From contig JBBDJR010000004.1 in NCBI GenBank assembly GCA_040879785.1, forward strand, positions 80,778-126,386: a stretch of DNA of 45,609 nucleotides, given 5' to 3'. The notes below the pieces were generated by a model. That model did no database searches. It was not told the DNA's origin and saw nothing but the letters and a program-made list of their open reading frames with translations. How positions within the stretch are numbered: position 1 is the first letter of the stretch; every line of letters begins with the position of its first letter. A program made the translations under genes and the position numbers. The DNA is from Candidatus Pacearchaeota archaeon. Lineage in GTDB: Archaea; Nanobdellota; Nanobdellia; Pacearchaeales; GW2011-AR1. Of this stretch, positions 37,679 through 45,559 are shown piece after piece.

Positions 37679-38911
37679 TTAAGTTAAGGGATGTGGTTTA
37701 AGTGATTTATCTTCTTTTACTTCACCATAATGTATGCTATATAATGCTTTTGCCCTTTCATCCAAATATAAAGGATGTAATTCAGGGATTATTATCTTTT
37801 TAGTTTCAAACCCTTCCTTTTTTAATTCGGGAAGAGTAATATCTACTTCAAAAATGTTAAATTTTCTTTCTCCTAACTTTGATAAAATTTCCTGTGGATT
37901 GTTCACCCTAGATTTAAGAGAAGAATAAGAAATCTCTTTCTCTGATTCTAACCAGAAACTCAAATCGTTTATTCTTTCAAGTGGCTGCCAATATACAAAT
38001 CTGTCTTCTAGTGAGAAAATTTCATCTTCGTTCGGAGCTCCTTCAGAAAAACTACCCTCCTTGAATAAGCGAGCATGTCTTCTGCATTGTATTGCCTCTA
38101 AAATGGATTTATAGGCGGAATCTTCATAAGTAAAATCTGAAGCAGAACCGACATCTACTGCAGGACCAAATCCAGTTTTATCAATAACAGCACTTATTAC
38201 TGTGGGAACATCTAAATCAGAAGTTGCATCAAAAGCAAACACCTCTAGATTATATCTTTTTAGATATTCTTCTAATTGTCCAATTTTTCCATTGAAATCG
38301 ATGATTCTTGGCAATTCCGTTCTTGAAATATAAGGATAGATACAAGAGTCTCTCTCAATAACCTCCAGCAAACCAGAATTAAGTGCTCTATCTGTTCCTT
38401 CCTTTCCAAACGCAGTTCCTGTACTTATACTTTCTTTCCTAATTCCAAATTCCCCTTTAAAGAGATTAGATAAATAAACAAGCTGGGCAGGGATAAACTT
38501 AACCCCTCCATTGATTAGATCTCTAGATTGAACCCATAAATAATCGGATTCTCTTGCATCCTTTTTAAATTTTTCTCTATCTCCTATTTGTTCATTGGAA
38601 TAACAACAAAATATCCCCGGATCAACCATTTCCTCCTTATCATCAAATTTTTGGACAAATAATCTATCTTTACGAGGGTTATCTATACATAACCTTTCTA
38701 GGTATTCTGCTACGGATTTTACTCTTGATAATGTTTCATGGGGATGATATCCCTGCCCATGGTCTCCATCGGTTGAATATCTCTCTTGTGCAGTTTCATT
38801 AGGTAAAGTTAAGAAATTTGGTATTTTTGGTTCATCTGTTATATATGGTACACTCTCTTCTGGAGAAGACAGCCCTATATTTCTAATCCTTGTTAATATT
38901 TCTTCTAGCAT
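37679..38911 (-). CDS. YcaO cyclodehydratase
   Basis: AEYLER, IPAQLVY, STGTA and GLLEVIERD ATP-binding motifs; Pro-rich C-terminus PELHPL...KPHPLT. Confidence 0.93.
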   Translation of the reverse strand: MLEEILTRIRNIGLSSPEESVPYITDEPKIPNFLTLPNETAQERYSTDGDHGQGYHPHETLSRVKSVAEYLERLCIDNPRKDRLFVQKFDDKEEMVDPGIFCCYSNEQIGDREKFKKDARESDYLWVQSRDLINGGVKFIPAQLVYLSNLFKGEFGIRKESISTGTAFGKEGTDRALNSGLLEVIERDSCIYPYISRTELPRIIDFNGKIGQLEEYLKRYNLEVFAFDATSDLDVPTVISAVIDKTGFGPAVDVGSASDFTYEDSAYKSILEAIQCRRHARLFKEGSFSEGAPNEDEIFSLEDRFVYWQPLERINDLSFWLESEKEISYSSLKSRVNNPQEILSKLGERKFNIFEVDITLPELKKEGFETKKIIIPELHPLYLDERAKALYSIHYGEVKEDKSLKPHPLT

Positions 38912-38943
38912 ATTGAGTTTCCTATCACCCCAATATTGTATAA

Positions 38944-39156
38944 TTATCTCTCTAAGGTTTTCTCTACTTTTTCTACAAGGCTATTCCCTCTAGCCATACT
39001 TGCTGAGGACCTACTTGAACATTTAGAGCCACACTTAGAGTTTCCTACAGCATAGGCAGTATTCTCATTTGGGGAATATCCCATCTGATATGCAGCATCC
39101 TCTATAATTGGGCTCCTTTCAAGCAATTCTTTCCTATTTTGGTATTTGTTTTCCAT
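38944..39156 (-). CDS. Putative azole-RiPP precursor peptide (70 aa)
   Basis: Directly upstream of YcaO; central NSKCGSKCSSRSSAS Cys/Ser-rich segment between charged flanks. Confidence 0.78.
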   Translation of the reverse strand: MENKYQNRKELLERSPIIEDAAYQMGYSPNENTAYAVGNSKCGSKCSSRSSASMARGNSLVEKVEKTLER

Positions 39157-39221
39157 ATAATCTCTTATGATTTAAGCTTTATAAGAATTTCTATACTTTA
39201 TTTTACGACTAAAAATGACCC

Positions 39222-41141
39222 CTAAAAATCGCTCTGCCAATAAAATCCGTTTTGATGTGATTCTTTCCCATCAGGACCGAATTCAAGTCCGAGGATATTG
39301 TCTACTTCATCGAAACGAGGATATCTCAATCCATCAAATCTTATAAACTGAGACCATCTTCCGTCATCATATCCGAGTTCGTAATATAACATTTTTCCCG
39401 ATTTTTCGTCCGCGGGACCTGCTGTTGATCTGTTTCCTTTAGTAGACCCAATTGTCTCGTCCGCTAGGTTCTCAGGGTGTGGACTCCCTACAAACATATG
39501 CCAGAATTCGTGCGTTGTCGTCCAATCTCCCGTGTTTGGAGATAGATAAATCACTCCGCCCCTGACAAGGGTTCCAGATTTACTCTGTACTGCTAGTCCT
39601 GCCCTGCCCCCCACACCAAAATCAGACCTAGGAGAAACAACATACACTCCGGGATTTGGAGAGATATTATACTCTGGCTCAAATGAACTACAATTAACGG
39701 TATAATGTTCGTCCTCGGCATCTCCAATTAATATCTGATTTTCTTCTATAGGGGAAGGAGTTCTAAGTTTGTTAACGTGCTCTGGACTAAGGATAATCTC
39801 CTCAATGTTTTCCTGCTTTTCTCTGTCAATTGTTGCACTATCATCACAAGGGTCTTTATCAAGAATCACAAATTTTTCATCTCCGCTAAGCTCTGGTTTT
39901 AATTTATTGAAATATCTATTATCGATATCTGCTTTATTTGGATTAAGCCCCTCCCATTCTTTTACATGTGCATTATATTCTTCAGGATTATCTCCGTATG
40001 GCTTAAACGGCACACTAACAAATTCAAATTCAGGATTATACTCTGGACTTTCAGGACTGACTAATTTTGAAGGAATCGTCTCGGTTCTTACATAGCCAGT
40101 TCTGTTGTCTGGAGTTCCGTGAGCAGCCTGGACAATAATCATCTCAAGGTCAGATAAATCTTCTTTTTCAATTATCTTTATTTTAAATTCACCATTATCA
40201 TTAGTGATATAGTTTTCCTCTGAATCAGCATCCTTTATTTTTAGCTGATTCCATTCAGGATCGTAAATCCTCATAGTTGATTTTTCTCCTTCGAGAGTTT
40301 CATTACTTATTACAGCCCCTTCAAGATATCCATATACCTTCTTCTCAAGAACAGTATTTATTTGGTCTGGTGAAGATTCAAAAGTGAATGTGGTGGTCCA
40401 GGGTGTATAATGCTCTGCCGTTATTGAAACATACACTTCATCTTCCGAGTTTGTTGTTCCCACCTGCCTTTTATCAATCCTATTATTGTTTACAAAGTTT
40501 GCCGAACTTCCTGTGGAATGGCTCACGCTAATATTATTTTCTCTCCCACCTCCAATACTAGTCATTTTCTCAGTAAGCCTACTTTTAGGATCTGAAGTAT
40601 TATGCCCACTAAAGAAATAAACTCCAGGAACAGTCACACCTCCAATAGAGAAACTATTATCTCCTTGATTCAAATCTTTTGTTTCTTTATACAATTCCTG
40701 TCCTAGGATATTGTGTATTGTTATTATGTGAGGACCTCTTTCCGGAGTGGTATAAACTACATTTGTCCTAGGATTAAATGGATTTGGATAGTTACTACTT
40801 AAAGAATATCTGTTAGGAACCTCTCCAGGATTTTCTGCACTCGTAACTGTTTTTTTTAAATCCCATTCTCCTGCATAATTTGTGGTTAGAGTTGTATCTA
40901 AATCAGCATAACGCACATTTACATTAGCCCCTTCAATTCCATCCTCGGAGCCGTTTGTTACATATCCTCTTAAATCAATTTCTCTATCTTCCTGAGTCAC
41001 ATATTCTTGAGTTCCCTGAGCTTTTGAAGAGTATGCTGTTCCCTGAATCTGTGGAGATGACATATTAAAGACTAATCCAAGAGTAGCAGCCGTCCCAAAA
41101 ACTTTGGTCTTATGTAGTAGACTTTCAAGCGTTTTATTCAT
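39222..41141 (-). CDS. Secreted acidic protein with internal T9SS-CTD-like Ig domain and HExxH motif (paralog 2)
   Basis: YSLSSNYPNPFNPRT...HNILGQ...GVYFF; GYVRTETIPS and THEFWHMFV are shared with paralog 1. Confidence 0.85.
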   Translation of the reverse strand: MNKTLESLLHKTKVFGTAATLGLVFNMSSPQIQGTAYSSKAQGTQEYVTQEDREIDLRGYVTNGSEDGIEGANVNVRYADLDTTLTTNYAGEWDLKKTVTSAENPGEVPNRYSLSSNYPNPFNPRTNVVYTTPERGPHIITIHNILGQELYKETKDLNQGDNSFSIGGVTVPGVYFFSGHNTSDPKSRLTEKMTSIGGGRENNISVSHSTGSSANFVNNNRIDKRQVGTTNSEDEVYVSITAEHYTPWTTTFTFESSPDQINTVLEKKVYGYLEGAVISNETLEGEKSTMRIYDPEWNQLKIKDADSEENYITNDNGEFKIKIIEKEDLSDLEMIIVQAAHGTPDNRTGYVRTETIPSKLVSPESPEYNPEFEFVSVPFKPYGDNPEEYNAHVKEWEGLNPNKADIDNRYFNKLKPELSGDEKFVILDKDPCDDSATIDREKQENIEEIILSPEHVNKLRTPSPIEENQILIGDAEDEHYTVNCSSFEPEYNISPNPGVYVVSPRSDFGVGGRAGLAVQSKSGTLVRGGVIYLSPNTGDWTTTHEFWHMFVGSPHPENLADETIGSTKGNRSTAGPADEKSGKMLYYELGYDDGRWSQFIRFDGLRYPRFDEVDNILGLEFGPDGKESHQNGFYWQSDF

Positions 41142-41167
41142 TTTATAGCCTATTAGACATTATTTTT

Positions 41168-41222
41168 AATACACAGAAATATAATAAGCTTACTATTTAA
41201 ATCTTTAGATTGTTGTCACTTA
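41168..41222. repeat. Junction repeat R2, copy 2
   Basis: 54/55 identical to 35280-35334. Confidence 0.9.
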
Positions 41223-41296
41223 GAAGTGAGTTAGAATGAGACTACCTCAATTAGGCTTTAGTTATTTTTATAAATAAGAAAGCTATATATTTTTTA

Positions 41297-41977
41297 ATGT
41301 TTAAAAGACCTAAAAGAAGAATGCCCAAATTTGGCGGAAATTTTTCCCCTGAGAAGCGTCCAACAAACATGCCCTTCATAATTCTTGGAGGGACTTTTGC
41401 TGTTGCATTGATTGGTATTGTTTTGTTATTCTTTGTCTCTGAGTGGGATTTTTCTGGAAGCGAATCTAATGAGGAGGTTCCTTCTGAAACGAGAGAATCC
41501 GCAGAATTAGCGGTTTCATGCAATGACTGGGATTGTTTAATAGAGAACTCCAAAAACTGCAATCTTGCAAAAGCGACCTTAAACTCAACAATTAATTTTT
41601 TTGGGGCAATAATAACCACTACTTCTTCTTATGAGATAAAAGAGTCGGAAATAGGGGTGTGTGAACTTTATACAATAAATAAGTACCAAACTATAGGTTA
41701 TGATGAAGAGATAGTTGAGCAAAAGTTGGAAGAAGGAATGACAGATGAAGAAATTGAACAAGAAATAAAGGACGTAAATGAAGAAGTATCTGAATTTGAG
41801 AAGACGGGTTCTGTATGCAGGTTTGAGCCGACTTCGGATTTAACTGAATATCTGACATTATTAGATGAAGGAGTTTTCGATTTTAGTATATCAGGAGGAC
41901 TAACGCCCGAAGGGTTTGAAGGAGAAACAACTGCCGGAGGCATTACATTAGATTGTGATACTCTAACTCTAGATTAG
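41297..41977 (+). CDS. Membrane-anchored acidic extracellular protein
   Basis: Basic N-terminus, TM helix, CNDWDCLIENSKNC motif; a TTTATAAA box lies upstream. Confidence 0.8.
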   Translation: MFKRPKRRMPKFGGNFSPEKRPTNMPFIILGGTFAVALIGIVLLFFVSEWDFSGSESNEEVPSETRESAELAVSCNDWDCLIENSKNCNLAKATLNSTINFFGAIITTTSSYEIKESEIGVCELYTINKYQTIGYDEEIVEQKLEEGMTDEEIEQEIKDVNEEVSEFEKTGSVCRFEPTSDLTEYLTLLDEGVFDFSISGGLTPEGFEGETTAGGITLDCDTLTLD

Positions 41978-42049
41978 AAAGAAGGATTTGCATTTTGTGA
42001 TTAATTCCAACAACAAGGTTAAGAGAAATAGAAACAATTAATATTTAGT

Positions 42050-42601
42050 CTACCTACAGCAAACCATGCCTTCTTCCGGAGGATTATCTGAAGCAGGTAT
42101 TTCTTTCCTTGCTTTTAGTCCAAACTGCTCACAGGTTCCGTCTGCCTGAGGTTCTTCCCATATTCCGCCCAAACCTTCTACACAGGTCTGATCTACTTCC
42201 TCCTCTTCTTCACAATCAATCGCAGGGCAGGTTTCTACACCATATTGTGCATAATCAGGATTTGTCGCAAGCTCGTTGCATGTTGTTCTTAACTCCTCAT
42301 CAGCATTTACCCTAAAATCACAAAATCCTGTTTTTTGCTCACTCTCACAGAGGAATGCACACTGTTCCGAAATCGGATCCGGCTGCTCCTCTCCCCTATC
42401 AGAAACCAGAATATAAACAACCGAAGCTGCTATGAGAATAAAAATAATCGTTATTGCTATTGCAAGTGTTTTTGTATTCATTTTGTTTCCCGTATGTCCG
42501 TGACGAGCGCCGTGTCTTCCGCGATGGACCGTATTGTTTTTAGAATGATTCGCGCGCCCGTGATTTGATTTATGTCCGCCATGTTTCTTAGGATATTTCA
42601 T
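42050..42601 (-). CDS. Membrane protein with His/basic N-terminal tail and Cys-rich ectodomain (paralog 2)
   Basis: First 69 aa identical to 35359..35922; ectodomain diverged with conserved Cys spacing. Confidence 0.85.
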   Translation of the reverse strand: MKYPKKHGGHKSNHGRANHSKNNTVHRGRHGARHGHTGNKMNTKTLAIAITIIFILIAASVVYILVSDRGEEQPDPISEQCAFLCESEQKTGFCDFRVNADEELRTTCNELATNPDYAQYGVETCPAIDCEEEEEVDQTCVEGLGGIWEEPQADGTCEQFGLKARKEIPASDNPPEEGMVCCR

Positions 42602-42656
42602 TTGTTTAACTTAGCCCTCTTTTACACACCTTCTATAACAAAACTGCTTTTATAAA
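42394..42656. repeat. Repeat R3, copy 2
   Basis: Matches 35715-35977 at an offset of 6679 bp. Confidence 0.92.
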
Positions 42657-42694
42657 CATTTTTATGTCCGAATCTATTATAGGTTAGATGAGAT

Positions 42695-42856
42695 ATGAGC
42701 GTTGACAAACATCAAATTAAATTATGGAGTGTTCCAGAAGTAGAAGCTATGCTAACTGCTAGAGAAATATCTCATAATGTAAGAAGGGGCTATTCAGGAA
42801 AGAGAGAAGAGAATGGAGTTCCTATCTTTGTTTTGGAAGGGCTTAAAAAAGAATAA
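42695..42856 (+). CDS. Small ORF or gene remnant (53 aa)
   Basis: Not in the ORF track. MSVDKHQIKLWSVPEVEAMLTAREISHNVRRGYSGKREENGVPIFVLEGLKKE*; ends 14 bp before the Nudix gene. Confidence 0.4.
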   Translation: MSVDKHQIKLWSVPEVEAMLTAREISHNVRRGYSGKREENGVPIFVLEGLKKE

Positions 42857-42870
42857 ATATTTATAATAAA

Positions 42871-43371
42871 ATGAAAGATAAGGTAAATTGGCAAGGGAAA
42901 ACTTATGAAATGGAATGGTTAGATGAATTTGATGATCTTTTTTTAGATAAATTACAACAGGTTTATGGATTTCTTTTTGATGACAAGGGGAATATCTGTA
43001 TCGTAAGGCCTACTGAAAAAAGAGGATGGAGGCTTCCAGGTGGAGGACCAGAAAAACAAGATAAAGATTGGAGAGAAACAATTATCAGGGAAGCTATTGA
43101 GGAAGCAGACATTGAAATAGAAAAAGATTCTCTAAAAATTGTTGGATTAATTAAAAATACTCCAATTAGTAAAAATTGCGAAAGAGAAGAAGGTTATGCC
43201 TTAAGAGTTGTTGGAAATATAAGTTCAATTAATAGTCAAACAGAAGATATTGCTGAGGGTCTGATTAATGAAAGGAAATTTGTCAAACCAGAAGAATTTT
43301 TGGACTATTGCCAGTGGGGAAAATTCGGAGAATTTCAAATAAAAAAAGCATTGGGGGTTTATAGGAAATGA
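42871..43371 (+). CDS. Nudix hydrolase
   Basis: WRLPGGGPE...RETIIREAIEEAD variant Nudix box. Confidence 0.88.
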   Translation: MKDKVNWQGKTYEMEWLDEFDDLFLDKLQQVYGFLFDDKGNICIVRPTEKRGWRLPGGGPEKQDKDWRETIIREAIEEADIEIEKDSLKIVGLIKNTPISKNCEREEGYALRVVGNISSINSQTEDIAEGLINERKFVKPEEFLDYCQWGKFGEFQIKKALGVYRK

Positions 43372-44105
43372 AAAAACAATTTTATGACTTGTGGAGAAAT
43401 AAATCTGAATTAGAAAATGCAGGAATACAAAATCTAAAACTTTCAAAAAAATTAATTTTAGAAAATATTCCTTCAAATGAAATTGTTTCTATTTATGTTA
43501 AAGGAAGTTTTGTAAGAAGAGAGATGGTATCTAAAAGTGATATTGATATTATAACTGTTTTAAAGACTAAGAAGCATTTTGGAAAGATAAAAAAATTAGA
43601 TAAGTGGGGAGAAAGATCAAACTTAAAACCTTATCCTCAATTTTTAGGTTATTCTTTATGGGAATTAAAAACAGGAAAAAGGATTAAAAATAATATTGGA
43701 GGCGCTTCCCCTTCCAGAATGGTTAAGCACTTAAAGGAATATAAATTAATTTATGGAAGAGATTTAGTAAAAGAAAATCTTTTCACAAGAACCGATGAAG
43801 AAGATTTAGAAAAATTAGCCAATGTCTTTAGAAAAGAATTCATTCCACAATATGAAAGAGGTAATTTTTCTTTCGGAATGTTGATAAAACAAACATTTTG
43901 GTTAATAGAAAATGAACAAAAAGTAAAAGGAAAAAATCCACCTCATCAATGGAAGAAATTAAGGGATTCTATAAAAGATAGAAATCATATAATTTACGAT
44001 GCATGGAGATTAAGGGAAATTCCAAGTAAAGACAAAGCCATAAGAAAAGAGTATGTTAACAAATTAAAAAAATATATTAAAAAAAACCGTAGATTATTAG
44101 AATAA
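43368..44105 (+). CDS. Pol-beta superfamily nucleotidyltransferase
   Basis: IYVKGSFVRREMVSKSDIDI; ATGA overlap with the upstream Nudix gene. Confidence 0.82.
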   Translation: MKKQFYDLWRNKSELENAGIQNLKLSKKLILENIPSNEIVSIYVKGSFVRREMVSKSDIDIITVLKTKKHFGKIKKLDKWGERSNLKPYPQFLGYSLWELKTGKRIKNNIGGASPSRMVKHLKEYKLIYGRDLVKENLFTRTDEEDLEKLANVFRKEFIPQYERGNFSFGMLIKQTFWLIENEQKVKGKNPPHQWKKLRDSIKDRNHIIYDAWRLREIPSKDKAIRKEYVNKLKKYIKKNRRLLE

Positions 44106-44106
44106 T

Positions 44107-44550
44107 ATGAAGAAAAAAATATTAACTTTTGTTGTGAATAGGGGAAAATTCTTAGCTTTGCATAGCGAGCCTCATCCCGACCACGGTAAGGGAGGATGGT
44201 TTGTAGTAACTGGAGGTGTTGAAGAGAATGAAACTCACGAAGAAGCTGTGGCAAGAGAGATATTAGAAGAGACGGGATTGGCTGTAGATGAAATAATTCC
44301 TTTAAACTGGGGTTCAATCTACAACTGGTGGGATGAATTATGTGAAGAATTAAATTTCATCTCATTTGTAAAATCTGGAGAAATGATTCTAAATGAAGAA
44401 CATTCAAAATTTGATTGGCTAGAAATTGATGAATTTATTGAGAGAATTAAATGGGATGATGATAAAGAATTATTAAAAACAATCTTAGAGAAAGCACTTA
44501 ACAAAGAAAAACACTTTCATAAGATGACCGTTAAAGATTATCGGAAATAA
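44107..44550 (+). CDS. Nudix hydrolase
   Basis: VTGGVEENETHEEAVAREILEETGL, LNEEH. Confidence 0.9.
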   Translation: MKKKILTFVVNRGKFLALHSEPHPDHGKGGWFVVTGGVEENETHEEAVAREILEETGLAVDEIIPLNWGSIYNWWDELCEELNFISFVKSGEMILNEEHSKFDWLEIDEFIERIKWDDDKELLKTILEKALNKEKHFHKMTVKDYRK

Positions 44551-44689
44551 AAAATTTCTAAAATTAATTAGAATAATTTAATTTGTGTAGCGTCTTCTTT
44601 TTAGAAAAAAAGAAACAAAAAAGCACGTGTCTCTTTGATACATAGCTCCAAGAGTAGTATCTTCCATCTGTGTAAATAACTCCCATCTT

Positions 44690-44734
44690 CTAAAACCCTC
44701 AATCACTTGAATTTGTTTGCCAATAAAATCCGCC
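44690..44734 (-). pseudogene. Orphan 3' end of a T9SS-like paralog
   Basis: 41/45 identical to 33266-33310; encodes GGFYWQTNSSD* versus GGFYWHTNSSD*. Confidence 0.8.
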
Positions 44735-44779
44735 TATTCATCAAACCATGCATTCCCAAGAACATATTTGAGTCTTAAT

Positions 44780-45453
44780 GTGGAGCGGGAAATCCACATT
44801 CTTTCAAGATGTGGATGAGAGCGATTGATTTTTATTTCTAGGTTGATTTGATTATGAATGGGCTGGTTACTAGCCCATTGAAAGTTCTAACAATAGTCGG
44901 AGCTTTCTAAACTAAATAAATCTTTCGGAGGCAAAATGGAAAAACAAATTTTGATTAGCGAGAGCTACGGAGAAAAGTATGATAAGGGAAATCACAGCGT
45001 GGGTATATCGATGTGGCACTTTGAATGGTGCACAAAATACAGATACAAGATGTTTAGGAAAGAAGAGCAAAGAAATTTGATAACTGCTTGCATAAGACGT
45101 GCAGCGTTGCTACTAAAAACCCCCCTGCGGGTTTTTGATCCTGCGACCATCCTTCTACAAGATTGAGATAATGGAATTAAATGTCCAACCTGAACATGTA
45201 CATTGTGTCGTTGGGATAAAATTGAGCTTTAGTCCAGCTTATGCTCTGCAAATATTAAAAGGAATTTCTGCAAGATTGTTCTTTAAGAATAATCCAAAAG
45301 CAAGGTTAAGATATCCTAAAGGTCATTTGTGGAGTCCTGGAAAGTTTGCGACAAGTCTTGGGTTTATACAGGTTGAACAAGCAAAGAATTATGTACAGAA
45401 TCAAGACATTCACGTATAGAAGCCTTGCCTTTCTAAGGCAAGGAGTGGGTCAC
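44780..45453 (+). mobile_element. IS200/IS605-family element carrying tnpA only
   Basis: Left hairpin atccacat...atgtggat (44792-44816) after TTAAT; right hairpin ccttgcctt-tct-aaggcaagg (45423-45443) followed by ...GGTCAC; HUH transposase between them. The left boundary is approximate. Confidence 0.8.
44936..45419 (+). pseudogene. tnpA: Y1 HUH transposase TnpA split into two frames by a 43-bp insert
   Basis: WHFEWCTKYRY in frame 1; EHVH, LKGISAR, LWSPG and YVQNQ in the +1 frame. Confidence 0.88.
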
Positions 45454-45559
45454 GTTTTATAATCCTGCTCTTGAAACAATTTTTTTTGCCTTACTTTTCC
45501 CAAGAAAGAAGAGCTTTTTTAAAAGGGCGGTTTCTTTTTATACTAATAAAACTGTTAAT

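Noticed and set aside
37679-38911. TfuA-associated thioamide-forming YcaO
   Set aside because: No tfuA is present; the adjacent SagB dehydrogenase and Pro-rich C-terminus favour azole formation.
33275-41141. Functional type IX secretion system or bacterial contig
   Set aside because: No T9SS machinery genes are present, the domain is not C-terminal, and the window has archaeal core genes and TATA-type promoters.
44568-44686. Short minus-strand ORF (MGVIYTDGRYYSW...) downstream of the orphan T9SS-like tail
   Set aside because: About 39 codons running through a T/A-rich palindromic tract, with no motif or supporting context.
45101-45160. Canonical bulge-helix-bulge intron in tnpA
   Set aside because: I could not draw a 3-4-3 BHB whose cut sites remove 43 nt; the junction is an asymmetric internal loop.
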